A DNA stretch of 64,000 nt from an uncultured Poribacteria bacterium (GTDB taxonomy: Bacteria > Poribacteria > WGA-4E > WGA-3G). A program made the position numbers and the translations under genes. Positions 20,268-30,204 of this stretch are shown piece by piece. The DNA is taken from NCBI GenBank assembly GCA_958296135.2, contig CATQHZ020000001.1, positions 3,456,001-3,520,000 on the forward strand, in the 5' to 3' direction. Numbering within the stretch: the stretch's first letter is position 1; every line of letters starts with the position of its first letter. The notes under the pieces were generated by a model. The model made no database searches and was not told the DNA's origin. It was given only the letters and a program-made list of their open reading frames with translations.

Positions 20268-21407
20268 TCATTGGCAGGTTTCAGCAACCAACGTATCTAA
20301 ATTCACAAATTTGACATGGGTGCCGTTGTAATCCCTTGTGAAAGCATGCTCTATATCGTGCGCGACAACAAAATTCTTGCCTTCCGGATACTGCCTGCGG
20401 AAAGCGAGTAACGGACGAGGTGAAAATCCTGAAGCAGACCACTTGCACTCAATAGCGATCGGTATGTCCCGCACACGTCCAAGCACAAAATCCACTTCAT
20501 GGCCCCTTTTGTCGCGCCAATACTGAATCTCGCGAGACTGTCTGTGCGCCATAATCTCGTTGAGAACAAAATGTTCCCAGAGCAAACCCAGGTCTTCCTG
20601 GCGCAGTTGGGACCACCCTTGATGATAGCAGACGAACCCGGTATCAAATCCGTAGACTTTCGGAGCAGCAACAATCTCTGTTGAACGACGCGAATTGAAG
20701 GGGCGGATAATATGCACGACGAAGGTTGCCTCCAAAATGGAGAGATAGTTTGATATCGTGACACGACTGACCTCGCACGGACGTGCAAAACGGGTAGCCT
20801 CGAAAATACCACCGCTCTGTGCCATCAGCAACTCCGTGAATTTCTGAAACGAGTAACGGCGTTCAAGCCGAAAAAGTTCTTGGATGTCTTTTGCCCAGTA
20901 CGCATCCATCCACTCTTGGAACTCGCGTTCAGGAGGCGTTGTCTCAAGAAAAAACGGAGGCAGCCCGCCATGCAACAGACGATGGGGAAGGTCTACGCGA
21001 TTGAAATCACCGAGGTCTGCCTTTATCATCGGGGTTAGCCACAACTCAGTTTTGCGGCCGGCTAGTGTATCCCGAAATTTCGCGCTCGCCCCGAGCGTTG
21101 ACGAACCCGTCGCGATAACCTCAACATGTAAATAGTGATCTGCAGCAATTTTTAATAATTCCGACGGATTCGGTAGGCGATGAATTTCATCAAGAATAAT
21201 CCGCCCGGCCCCAACACTATCAAGAAATCCTTGCGGCTCTTCCATCAACCGTCTGACACGCGGCAGTTCACAATCGAAATATTCACTATCAGGCAGTGTC
21301 TGGCACAAGCACGTTTTCCCAACACGCCGCACGCCGGACAGCCAGATGACCGGACGGCGTTCCCAGGCAGTTTTGATGCGATTGAGCCAAAATTGTCTAT
21401 TTACCAT
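20268..21407 (-). CDS. AAA_14 ATPase with DUF4143 C-terminal domain
   Basis: Walker A GVRRVGKT, Walker B ILDEIH, TGSS, GGLP, KVYGFDTG and nuclease-like EVDFV...IECK. Confidence 0.9.
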   Translation of the reverse strand: MVNRQFWLNRIKTAWERRPVIWLSGVRRVGKTCLCQTLPDSEYFDCELPRVRRLMEEPQGFLDSVGAGRIILDEIHRLPNPSELLKIAADHYLHVEVIATGSSTLGASAKFRDTLAGRKTELWLTPMIKADLGDFNRVDLPHRLLHGGLPPFFLETTPPEREFQEWMDAYWAKDIQELFRLERRYSFQKFTELLMAQSGGIFEATRFARPCEVSRVTISNYLSILEATFVVHIIRPFNSRRSTEIVAAPKVYGFDTGFVCYHQGWSQLRQEDLGLLWEHFVLNEIMAHRQSREIQYWRDKRGHEVDFVLGRVRDIPIAIECKWSASGFSPRPLLAFRRQYPEGKNFVVAHDIEHAFTRDYNGTHVKFVNLDTLVAETCQ

Positions 21408-21427
21408 ACATTTATGTTCCTCAGCGC

Positions 21428-21495
21428 GCTACTATATGTCGGCCTGTTTGCATATAGTAGCACTATATGCAAAGCTGCTTGCATATAGTAGCACT
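21428..21495. promoter_or_regulatory. Candidate operator array upstream of the DUF4143 ATPase
   Basis: Palindrome TTTGCATATAG-N5-CTATATGCAAA at 21447-21473, plus further CATATAGTAGC copies in both orientations. Confidence 0.5.
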
Positions 21496-21590
21496 TTTTC
21501 ATACCTGAGCCGTACGCGAAAGGTGATTTCTAACATTGAATCAAGGCGAGTGCCTTGGGTATCTGCCTAATGTGCCCGTAGGCGCGGTTT

Positions 21591-22556
21591 TTAACCGCGC
21601 CTTTTCTCGTGCGTCATCTGTGCTTGCGCGATATCGCGGTAGTGGCCCGCCACCGCTTGATTTGGCTCAAGCCGCAACGCCTCATCGTAGTCACGCAGTG
21701 CCGCTTCATATCGCTGCAACACGAAGTTTGCATGCGCGCGGCCGATATAAGCATCCACAGCATCAGGTTTTCGCGACAGTGCCGCGTCGTAATCACGAAT
21801 CGCCGCAGCATAGTCGTGCAGCTGGAAGTGCGTCACGGCACGGTTGAAATAGCCTTCTCCCCGGTCCGGTCTCAAACGGATGGCTTCATCATAATTCTGA
21901 ATCGCCGCGGCGTAGTTGCCGAGCACATAATGGACGCTACCACGGTTGCAATAAGCCTCGGCATCATCGGGTTTCAGCCGGAGGACTGTAGTGTAGGCAG
22001 CAATCGCGTTTTCTCCTCGCCCGGCCTCAGACATGACACTACCGATGTAGAAAAAAGCATCAATAGCAATCTCTTCCTCGGTCCACCTTGGGAACGGCTC
22101 AAGGGCATCGCTTTTTGCGAGGAATGCCTCAATCTTTGCATCTTCCTCCTGAAGTTCAGCCCAGAGTTCTTCTCGTTTCGGAAAATGCTCTTTCTCGTGA
22201 CTTATCATGAAAGTGCCAACACACGCCATCAGGGCGGCTAAAGGATGCTCTTCATCCTGGCCGAGGCTCCAGATGAAATCCTCCATCATAGCGGAGAGCC
22301 GTTTGTATTCGTCACCTGTCACTACAGCGCTGCGCAGGTTTGGGTTCCGATTGACAAGCTGGGTTAATAATTCCTGCACTTCTATCAGCCAGGGCACGGC
22401 ACTTGCCGGAAAGGGATACACCGCAGTGTCTTGATTTTTTGCAGGGCGGTTAACTGGTTGCTGTGGGGCAAAGAGCACCTGTTGGTTCACACCGACAGAA
22501 ACAGAGAGAGCGGGTAGCGATAATACATTCTGTGTCGTTCGTATCGGACTTAACAT
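21591..22556 (-). CDS. HigA-like antitoxin domain fused to about 4 TPR repeats
   Basis: DEYKRLSAMMEDFIWSLGQDEEHPLAALMACVGTFMISHEKEHFP matches the HigA N-terminal pattern. The C-terminus has TPRs (AEAYCNRG...YDEAIRLRP). The gene starts 6 nt after the higB stop. Confidence 0.75.
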   Translation of the reverse strand: MLSPIRTTQNVLSLPALSVSVGVNQQVLFAPQQPVNRPAKNQDTAVYPFPASAVPWLIEVQELLTQLVNRNPNLRSAVVTGDEYKRLSAMMEDFIWSLGQDEEHPLAALMACVGTFMISHEKEHFPKREELWAELQEEDAKIEAFLAKSDALEPFPRWTEEEIAIDAFFYIGSVMSEAGRGENAIAAYTTVLRLKPDDAEAYCNRGSVHYVLGNYAAAIQNYDEAIRLRPDRGEGYFNRAVTHFQLHDYAAAIRDYDAALSRKPDAVDAYIGRAHANFVLQRYEAALRDYDEALRLEPNQAVAGHYRDIAQAQMTHEKRRG

Positions 22557-22562
22557 AGGTTC

Positions 22563-22904
22563 TTACCTCTTTTTCAGCCACGCATCATACTCGGCATGCG
22601 TGAACACTTCATGAACGGTAACCCACTGCGGTTTATATTGCATAATTGCAATCAAGCGCGCTTTGTTACCCCCAATGTTGAAAACGGTAAAGATGATTTC
22701 TTTTTTCACTCGAGGGCCTCGCTGCTCCGGATGAGCGGAGACTTCCTTTTTTACCAGATCTGCGTGCGGAAACACCTCACGAACTTCATTGATTGAACCG
22801 AACCGGCCTCTCTCAATCCATTTACGCCAGTGGTTGAATCCCGATTTGCTGTTTGGATGTCTCTGGACAAAATCGTCCAACTTCTGCGGAGAAACAATCT
22901 GCAT
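22563..22904 (-). CDS. higB: HigB (RelE-like) mRNA interferase toxin
   Basis: MQIVS..KL..F...HP, FPHADLV, VFNIGGNKARLI and THAEYD are hallmark HigB motifs. Confidence 0.88.
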   Translation of the reverse strand: MQIVSPQKLDDFVQRHPNSKSGFNHWRKWIERGRFGSINEVREVFPHADLVKKEVSAHPEQRGPRVKKEIIFTVFNIGGNKARLIAIMQYKPQWVTVHEVFTHAEYDAWLKKR

Positions 22905-23084
22905 CAGAAAACCATTTGTATTGTGTTGCAGGCGAGGGTTCCGCGCAGCTGCTTCGCACGTCCCAACACCAGGCGAAGCATCAACACTGAAACTACAGCC
23001 ACCACCGCCCCGGCATCTCCCCAATAAATTTTATCGCCAGATAAGACAGACAAATTTAGAAAATGCACCTGCTAACTGAGTCGT

Positions 23085-23462
23085 TCAACCATCGTATTCC
23101 ACCACAACATCGTCCCCATCGATTTTCACGGGATACGTAGCAACCCGCAGCGTTGCGTCTACGCGGCACTGGCCGGTTGCAATATCAAACGTCCACTGAT
23201 GCCACGGGCAGCGCAAAACCTCGCCCAAGCCGTCAACGGAGAGCCTCGCGCCTTCCGTTGATGGCGGCGCATCGGCGGCGAACCTGCCGCTGAGTTCACC
23301 GGTGCAGAGCGGGCCCCGCTTATGCGGACAGATGTTCCGCACGGCATAAAAGGTGCCAGCGACGTTGAACACTCCAACACCCGCCTTGCCCCGGAACGGA
23401 ACGATAATCTTCCGTTCCCCCGGCGGAATCTCCGATACCTTTCCCACGACAACCCGAGCCAT
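23085..23462 (-). CDS. Rieske [2Fe-2S] protein
   Basis: CPH...GPL and CPWHQWTFD ligand motifs; start MARVVVG. Confidence 0.9.
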   Translation of the reverse strand: MARVVVGKVSEIPPGERKIIVPFRGKAGVGVFNVAGTFYAVRNICPHKRGPLCTGELSGRFAADAPPSTEGARLSVDGLGEVLRCPWHQWTFDIATGQCRVDATLRVATYPVKIDGDDVVVEYDG

Positions 23463-23587
23463 GATTCTTTCTCCTATTTTCCCGACCGGACTGCAGCGGA
23501 AACTACGCGCACATTTCACCCAACTGTAAGGGCAGATTTCTACGGTTTCCGCCCGCCGGTCAGCATCATCCGATGATTTTCTTGCGC

Positions 23588-24745
23588 CTACGGCATGCGC
23601 AGGATATCCAACGCATTTTGTGCGAAAATGCGATGGTGCAAATCATCGGAAAGCTTTGGAAAGACAGTCACCGGGTCATTCCAATCAAAATGCGGAAAGT
23701 CCGAACAGAATATCAGCGTCTCGTCGGCATGGAGCATGTCCAACATCTGATACATCTGCTCCGGTCTCTCAGGCTCGTGCATCGGCTGCGAACCGATGCG
23801 GATGTGCTCGCGAAAGTATTCACTCGGCAGCCGCTTCACCCAAGGTGTCTGGTCGCGCAGGGCCTTCCAATCCGTATCAAGGTGCCACATCACCGAGACT
23901 GCCCACAACTGTTGCGCCTCAATAAGGGCAAATTTCAGGTTCGGGAACTTCTCGAACACACCTTCACAGATGAGCGACGTGGCATGCGTGCTGGCAACGT
24001 AAGGACGGCTCATCCGTGTTTCCATGTAGTAGGTAGGGTGCCCGACAGGTGTCGGTGTCGTCCGGGTTGCACCGCCGCCACCGCCGATGTGCGAGACAAC
24101 CGGTAAACCATGTTCTTCACACGCCGCCCAGATGGGATGATAAAAGCGGTTGCCAAACGGCCGACTCGTCCCCATCGGTACCATCACGGCGACGGTGTCC
24201 TTCCGGGCTGCCAGTCTGTTAATCTCTTCAACGGCCTGCGGCGGATCTGAAGGCGATACGAGGATGGCGTTGAAGACGCGCGCGTCCCGCTCAAGCCAAT
24301 GTGCAATCGTCCAATCGTTAAAGGCGCGGCAGAGCGCGGCCGCCCAATCCGGGTCTGGGAGGCCGGAATAGCCGTAGAACGGCGGCGGCCCGGTGAGCAG
24401 CGCGACATCAACATGCCACCTGTCCAAATGTTCCGTTTGGAGGAATTCAAGCGTGAAGTTGAAATCCCTCGGGTCGCCGCCGGTATCCTTATCTTCCGGA
24501 CGTTCCTCCATCTTAAGGCGGCCCTTCAGATCGACGCGGTTGCTCCGAATCGGGATATTCGGATACCCACCGAGATGCAAGCCCTGGTCCAACAGGTGTT
24601 CCTGATAGAACTTCGATAGATAGGGCAACAGCTGGGTGGGATTCCGAAAATTGTGATGCACATCGCAATCGACGATGGCCATGCCGTTTTTCGGTTTGGC
24701 TGTCCAGCCGGGTGCCGTAACCGGTGTTGCGCCAAGTTGACTCAT
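23588..24745 (-). CDS. Amidohydrolase_2 family protein
   Basis: DCDVH, CRAFNDW, GVFEKFPNLKF and FCSDFPHFD motifs. Confidence 0.9.
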   Translation of the reverse strand: MSQLGATPVTAPGWTAKPKNGMAIVDCDVHHNFRNPTQLLPYLSKFYQEHLLDQGLHLGGYPNIPIRSNRVDLKGRLKMEERPEDKDTGGDPRDFNFTLEFLQTEHLDRWHVDVALLTGPPPFYGYSGLPDPDWAAALCRAFNDWTIAHWLERDARVFNAILVSPSDPPQAVEEINRLAARKDTVAVMVPMGTSRPFGNRFYHPIWAACEEHGLPVVSHIGGGGGATRTTPTPVGHPTYYMETRMSRPYVASTHATSLICEGVFEKFPNLKFALIEAQQLWAVSVMWHLDTDWKALRDQTPWVKRLPSEYFREHIRIGSQPMHEPERPEQMYQMLDMLHADETLIFCSDFPHFDWNDPVTVFPKLSDDLHHRIFAQNALDILRMP

Positions 24746-24781
24746 TACGAACGCCTCCTTGTGTCTAAAAATTCAACGTTT

Positions 24782-25582
24782 CTAGGGCCGAAGGGCCACC
24801 TCCGGAACGGTATCATGGGCCCAACCAGTACAGTCGGCATGGACGTACGTGACATCGTTAATCACAATCCGGCGATTGTCAGGAAACTTCTTCACCAAAT
24901 CGTGCCCCCGGAGATGTTGTCCATCGTAGCGTCTGAAAAAAACGGTGCGGCCGCCGCTCTCAATGAAAACTTCCGCGAGTTCTCCGCCGTCTGGTTTAGA
25001 AATATCGGCATCCAAAACGCGGAGACACGTGAAGGTCTGCTCACCTATTGTTACGTCGTAGGTGCCTGCACCGAGTCCCTGCTTGTCAGTGAGCTTGTAG
25101 GAACCATCGGTTTGAAGTTGGTATCGCTCCTCGTCAACGATACGCCGTTGTGTCGGCCCGCCCCACTGCTCTTCAAATCCCTCGTCGCCGAGGGTATAGG
25201 AAACCCTGCTTCCCTCGTCTGTCCAAGCGACAGAAAGCCACCGAGTGTGCTCTGCCTCTAGCACGGCATACATCCACTCCGGGCCTGCCGGCCAGTCATT
25301 CTGCGTCCATTCCTTCACGCGGAGTTCTACACACGCAATGTCCTGAACCATTGCAGGCGCAATAGAAACCAGTTCTGTCACGGCAGCGAGTTTCAACGTT
25401 TCGGCATCATAAGTCGCCCAAAGATAGTGTTCGCCGAGCCGAGGAATAGCGAACCACCATTGGAGCTCAGGGCAATCAACCGCGGAGATTTTCTCTGAAC
25501 TCTCGACAATCGTGACATCAGGACGCGTCGGCGGAAACGGATGAACTGGGATGTCATCATAGAGCGTCGGTTTCGTCCCCAT
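24782..25582 (-). CDS. Hypothetical protein
   Basis: Protein-like composition, operonic position and GAGGGG RBS before MGTKP. Confidence 0.7.
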   Translation of the reverse strand: MGTKPTLYDDIPVHPFPPTRPDVTIVESSEKISAVDCPELQWWFAIPRLGEHYLWATYDAETLKLAAVTELVSIAPAMVQDIACVELRVKEWTQNDWPAGPEWMYAVLEAEHTRWLSVAWTDEGSRVSYTLGDEGFEEQWGGPTQRRIVDEERYQLQTDGSYKLTDKQGLGAGTYDVTIGEQTFTCLRVLDADISKPDGGELAEVFIESGGRTVFFRRYDGQHLRGHDLVKKFPDNRRIVINDVTYVHADCTGWAHDTVPEVALRP

Positions 25583-25614
25583 ATTAAGCCCCCTCATTCG
25601 CGAACGCCGCAGGC

Positions 25615-26235
25615 TTATTTGCGATACGCATGCCGCTTACTCCTGACGCTGAGCCGCTCAAACGCTGCCGCCGGAAGATATGTCCCCAAAACCTCTTGGA
25701 TTTTCGCTTCCGAGAGGTTCTGCACAGTGATTAAAAGGCACTTTGAACGTGAAGCCGCCCAAGCCCTCTCAAAATCCTTGTAACTCATTCGACGCTTAGA
25801 CAGGTTCGTCGGATGTTGGAGGTACACCTCGTTCGCCCTGTCATCGTATTGGACAACCGGCAGCAACTCCTGACTCTGTCGACTTTGGAGTAGCACGATG
25901 GGTGCCCATCCCTTGGCGATAAATGCCTTCAGGACTTCCAACGAACCGTTGGAGATAATCGCCATGTTATCCACTTGGCTGCGCAGCGTCGCGAAAACAT
26001 CGTCAAGGCCGCCGTTCCCAGGGCGCGGCGGTGTCTTAAAGACATTGCGGAGATAGGGCATCTTCCGCAAATCTACCATCCCGGACGCAGGCAAATTCGC
26101 CTGCTGATTCTGCAGGGATTGCGTCCGGCTAGCCGTCGGGGTTTCTGGGACAGGCGGGAACTTTCCGGTCTGGGGGGGCGGCCCGCAACTGAGCACCCAA
26201 AACCCTAACGCAAAAATCAAAAAAACATTCTTCAT
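25615..26235 (-). CDS. Lipoprotein with degenerate peptidase C39-like domain
   Basis: MKNVFLIFALGFWVLSC lipobox after AAGGAG; PIVLL...VVQYD...VYLQHP...MSYKDFERAW pattern. Confidence 0.65.
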   Translation of the reverse strand: MKNVFLIFALGFWVLSCGPPPQTGKFPPVPETPTASRTQSLQNQQANLPASGMVDLRKMPYLRNVFKTPPRPGNGGLDDVFATLRSQVDNMAIISNGSLEVLKAFIAKGWAPIVLLQSRQSQELLPVVQYDDRANEVYLQHPTNLSKRRMSYKDFERAWAASRSKCLLITVQNLSEAKIQEVLGTYLPAAAFERLSVRSKRHAYRK

Positions 26236-26252
26236 TTGTTTCACTCCTTCGT

Positions 26253-27275
26253 TTAATCGATGCGAACTTTGACTTCTCGTTTCTCCTGCCACGATGCAAC
26301 GATAGCTTCCGTGATCCGCAGGGCCTGTAGCCCATCGCGCCCACTCGGTTCAGGCGGACAATCAGCGAGCAAATCGTCAACCAACGCGGTCATCCGTAAC
26401 GCGAATGTCCCATTAAACGCGAGTTGTTCGTCCCGAAAAATGGAGGGCCGGTATTCTTCAACTACCTGATTATCGCGCCGCATCAAGGTAGCGCGGGTGA
26501 GGACGTTGTCAACAACAATCTCGCCCCTGGAGCCGCAGATTTCCAGCCGTTCGATCGGATGGATAAAATCGCTATCCCAACTGGCGAGCAGCGTCGCAAC
26601 TACCTCAGTCTCGTAGCGGAAAGAGATGGCCATGCTCGTATAACAAGCCTCCTCCCCATTGCGGGCCTCATGTTTTCTCGGTTTGGCCATCTCAGCACAC
26701 ACCGCGACAATTTCACCGCCGAACCATCGAAGGAGATCGATGGCGTGCGTCTCCAATTCGTAAAGCAGGTAGTATTCGCCCTTCCACGTAGATGCAGGGC
26801 CGCCCTGCGACAACTTCATATCCAAATAGTAGGTTTGGCCAATCTCGCCTGCATCAAACCACTTCCTGGCTTGGACGTACCCGGGCGCGAAGCGGCGATT
26901 GTAGTCAATTGCAAGGTGCACGCCGACTTCTTCCGCCTTCGCGACCATTTTCTCTGCTTCCTCGATGCGAAGTGCAAGCGGTTTCTCGGAAATGACGTGT
27001 TTCCCCGCTTCAAGGCACTCCATCACCGGTTCAAAATGCAGATGATCTGCCGTAACAACGTCCACCAAGTCGCATTCTTCGCACGCCAGCATCTCTCGGA
27101 TTGAGGGGTACCACTTCGGCACCCCGAGCTCTTCGGCGCGGGCCTTCGCCTTCGCGGCATCGATATCGCAGACTGCCACCAATTCCGCGCCCGGGTGTTG
27201 GAGGTAACCCTGTTGGTGCCGATAGCCGATGCCACCGCACCCGACTGCTGCAACTTTCAGTTTTCCGTCCTTCAT
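26253..27275 (-). CDS. Gfo/Idh/MocA family oxidoreductase
   Basis: VGCGGIG, GKHVISEKPLA and NRRF motifs. Confidence 0.92.
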   Translation of the reverse strand: MKDGKLKVAAVGCGGIGYRHQQGYLQHPGAELVAVCDIDAAKAKARAEELGVPKWYPSIREMLACEECDLVDVVTADHLHFEPVMECLEAGKHVISEKPLALRIEEAEKMVAKAEEVGVHLAIDYNRRFAPGYVQARKWFDAGEIGQTYYLDMKLSQGGPASTWKGEYYLLYELETHAIDLLRWFGGEIVAVCAEMAKPRKHEARNGEEACYTSMAISFRYETEVVATLLASWDSDFIHPIERLEICGSRGEIVVDNVLTRATLMRRDNQVVEEYRPSIFRDEQLAFNGTFALRMTALVDDLLADCPPEPSGRDGLQALRITEAIVASWQEKREVKVRID

Positions 27276-27387
27276 GATGTTTGCTCCTTTGAACAGTTTG
27301 GGTAAGGTTATCGTCGCGCACATCTCAATGTATATAATAAATCATACACCCAAAAATAGCAAGAAATAACTTTTTGATAAAAAAGAC

Positions 27388-27417
27388 TTGACATTATTAA
27401 AACGCATCGCGTATAAT
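27388..27417 (+). promoter_or_regulatory. sigma70-like promoter for the cysC operon
   Basis: TTGACA-N18-TATAAT. Confidence 0.7.
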
Positions 27418-27488
27418 AGATAGAGTAGAATACTTTTTATTGAGGCACCTTATCAAGGCCTCAAAATTTTTGATGTGAGGAAAATCGA

Positions 27489-28106
27489 TTGGCTCAACAG
27501 AAAGCAACCAACATTACGTGGCACCAAGCGACTGTCACGGCGCAAGAGAGAGAACAATTGCTCAACCAGAAAGGCTGTGTCATCTGGTTTACCGGGCTCT
27601 CCGGCTCCGGAAAATCGACGCTGGCGAACGCCGTAGCGCAACTCTTGCACCAGCGACAGCATCACACCTACGTCCTCGATGGCGACAATGTGCGCCACGG
27701 ACTCAACAAGAACCTGGGCTTCTCCCCGGAAGACAGGGCGGAAAACATCCGCCGCATCGGCGAAGTCGCAAAATTGTTCGCAGATGCAGGCACCATCGCT
27801 ATGACAGCGTTCATCTCGCCCTACCGCGCAGACCGGGAGCAGGCGCGCGCCCTCCTCGCCGACAACAGATTCGTCGAAGTCTTTGTAGAGTGTCCGCTTG
27901 ATGTCTGCGAAGAACGCGACACGAAGGGATTATACAAAAAGGCGCGGGCCGGCGAAATCAAGGAATTTACGGGCATCAGCGCGCCCTACGAACCGCCGCT
28001 CAAATCCGAAGTGACACTCAACACAGCGGAACTGTCCCTCGAAGAATGCGCGCAAGCAGTCATCGCGTTCCTTGAGGAAACAGACTTAGTCCCGGCAGGA
28101 CGTTAA
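27489..28106 (+). CDS. cysC: Adenylyl-sulfate kinase
   Basis: WFTGLSGSGKST, LDGDNVRHGL, ENIRRIGEVAKLF and FTGISAPYE; TTG start. Confidence 0.95.
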   Translation: MAQQKATNITWHQATVTAQEREQLLNQKGCVIWFTGLSGSGKSTLANAVAQLLHQRQHHTYVLDGDNVRHGLNKNLGFSPEDRAENIRRIGEVAKLFADAGTIAMTAFISPYRADREQARALLADNRFVEVFVECPLDVCEERDTKGLYKKARAGEIKEFTGISAPYEPPLKSEVTLNTAELSLEECAQAVIAFLEETDLVPAGR

Positions 28107-28131
28107 TGTCTTGCAAACCTGAGGAATAATC

Positions 28132-29085
28132 ATGAAACTGATTCAATTTCACCTGCCGCAGGTGGGCAAACGGCTCGGGATTGTCACCCGCGAAAACGAC
28201 GTGATTGATGTCACCAGCAAGGAATCGCCGGGCGTGTTAGAAGTGCTTGAACTCGCTTATTACGAAGGAATAAGCCTCGGCGTGCTGCTCGCTGATATCC
28301 AAGAGCAGGTGGCACCCCCCGCGCCGATACAGATTCCGCCACCTCGGGAGGAAGAACGCGACACAGCGAAGAAGGATGGACTCACCCTCCAGGATTTGGA
28401 TGTCGCACCCGATGAGAACGTTCCGCATCTCTTGGCCCCAATTGACGCACCCGAAGTGTGGGGATGCGGCGTTACCTACAAACGAAGCGCGGACATGCGC
28501 GATGATGACAGCGAACAGGATATCTACAGCCGCATCTATCACGCCGACCGGCCCGAGATATTTTTCAAGGCGACACCGACGCGATGTGTCGGCCCTAACG
28601 GCTTCATCGGCATCCGCAGCGATTCTACGCTCACTGCAACGGAACCTGAACTCGCCTATGTTTTAGGCAACGACGGTGAGATAGTCGGCTATACCCTTTG
28701 CAACGATGTCTCCGCATGGGATATTGAACGCGACAATCCACTCTACCTGCCGCAGTCTAAAATCTTTTACGGCTGTTGCGCCCTCGGACCGATGTTCGTC
28801 ACAACCTCCGAAGTCGATAATCCTTACGACTTGGACATGCGCTGCACTGTCCTTCGTGGCGAAGATGTTATCTACGCGGGAAGTGTCAATACCTCCCAAA
28901 TTAATTGGAAGTTTGAACAGCTGACCGGGTTTCTGATGCGGGATAACCCTATCCCGTTCGGCACTGTTGTGTCCACTGGCACCGGCATCATCGTTCCAAA
29001 CGAATTGCCGCTCGCCGCTGGCGATGTCGTTGAAATCGAGATTGACGGGTTCGGCACACTGTCAAATCCGGTTAAACAACTTTAG
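28132..29085 (+). CDS. Fumarylacetoacetate hydrolase family protein (2-keto-3-deoxy-pentonate dehydratase-like)
   Basis: EVWGCGVTY, RPEIFFKA, EPEL and NDVSAWDIERDNPLYLPQSK. Confidence 0.88.
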   Translation: MKLIQFHLPQVGKRLGIVTRENDVIDVTSKESPGVLEVLELAYYEGISLGVLLADIQEQVAPPAPIQIPPPREEERDTAKKDGLTLQDLDVAPDENVPHLLAPIDAPEVWGCGVTYKRSADMRDDDSEQDIYSRIYHADRPEIFFKATPTRCVGPNGFIGIRSDSTLTATEPELAYVLGNDGEIVGYTLCNDVSAWDIERDNPLYLPQSKIFYGCCALGPMFVTTSEVDNPYDLDMRCTVLRGEDVIYAGSVNTSQINWKFEQLTGFLMRDNPIPFGTVVSTGTGIIVPNELPLAAGDVVEIEIDGFGTLSNPVKQL

Positions 29086-29096
29086 GAGGTAGCCCG

Positions 29097-30191
29097 ATGT
29101 CGCTGATTGGGATGCACAAAACCGAATTGGATACACCCGCGCTGCTGGTAGATTTGGACAAAATGGAATCCAATATCCAGACGATGGCGGATTATTTCAA
29201 GACAGTCAATACAGAACTCCGGCCGCACGTCAAAACGCATAAAACGCCGCTCCTCTCGCATAAACAGATTGCCGCCGGTGCTATCGGCGTTACCTGCGCG
29301 AAACTGGGCGAAGCGGAAGCTGTCATTCACGCAGGCATCCGAGACGTGCTGGTGGCCAACCAGATCATCGGCACGCAGAAGATAGCGCGCCTCGTCAATC
29401 TTGCCAAGCAATCTGACATCATGGTGGCCGTGGATAACGCACAGAATGTGACAGACATTTCAGCGGCGGCGCGGGCGAAAGGCGTAACCGTCCGAATGCT
29501 GATAGAGGTGAACACCGGTATGAACCGCTGCGGCGTTGAACCCGGGCAACCGACGTTGGAGTTGGCGCGCCATATCCTCCGCGCCTCACACTTGAAGTTC
29601 GAGGGGTTAATGGGCTACGAAGGACATACCGTCGCCAAGCCGAACTACGCCGAACGCGATGCAGCGGCACGCCACTCTGTCCAACTATTGGTAGATGCGA
29701 AGCACTACCTTGAAAAGCAAAGCATCGCCGTACCAATCATGAGCGGCGGCGGCACCGGCACATTTAACATCACCGGGAGCATTCCTGAGATGACAGAGGT
29801 GCAAGCCGGTTCCTACATCTTCATGGATGCAACCTATCGCAACGTTGAAGGTGTCGGTGAACACTTTCAATGCGCCTTGACTGTCTTGGCAACCGTCGTC
29901 AGTCGTCCCGCGCCAGACCGGGTTATCGTGGACACCGGCATGAAGGTGCTTGCTAAAGAGTTCGGTATGCCTCAGCCTGTCGGGATGAATGGGCTTGAAA
30001 TGGTAGGGCTTTCCGAAGAACACGGAAAGATGAACGCCGACGCAAGCGTATCCCTCACACCAGGGGATAAACTCGAAATTTTACCCACGCACTGCTGCAC
30101 CACGGTGAACCTCCACGACAGATACTGCGGCATCCGCGATGGAATTGTCGAGTCCGTGTGGGACATCACGGCGCGCGGCAAAGCACAATAA
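29097..30191 (+). CDS. DSD1/D-threonine aldolase family PLP-dependent enzyme
   Basis: [25 protein letters not shown] and HCCTTVNL. Confidence 0.9.
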   Translation: MSLIGMHKTELDTPALLVDLDKMESNIQTMADYFKTVNTELRPHVKTHKTPLLSHKQIAAGAIGVTCAKLGEAEAVIHAGIRDVLVANQIIGTQKIARLVNLAKQSDIMVAVDNAQNVTDISAAARAKGVTVRMLIEVNTGMNRCGVEPGQPTLELARHILRASHLKFEGLMGYEGHTVAKPNYAERDAAARHSVQLLVDAKHYLEKQSIAVPIMSGGGTGTFNITGSIPEMTEVQAGSYIFMDATYRNVEGVGEHFQCALTVLATVVSRPAPDRVIVDTGMKVLAKEFGMPQPVGMNGLEMVGLSEEHGKMNADASVSLTPGDKLEILPTHCCTTVNLHDRYCGIRDGIVESVWDITARGKAQ

Positions 30192-30204
30192 TAAGGAGAT
30201 TTGC

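Noticed and set aside
22905-23030. tRNA or riboswitch upstream of higB, or an N-terminal extension of HigB
   Set aside because: Only one hairpin is present with no cloverleaf, and HigB homology starts at ATG 22904.
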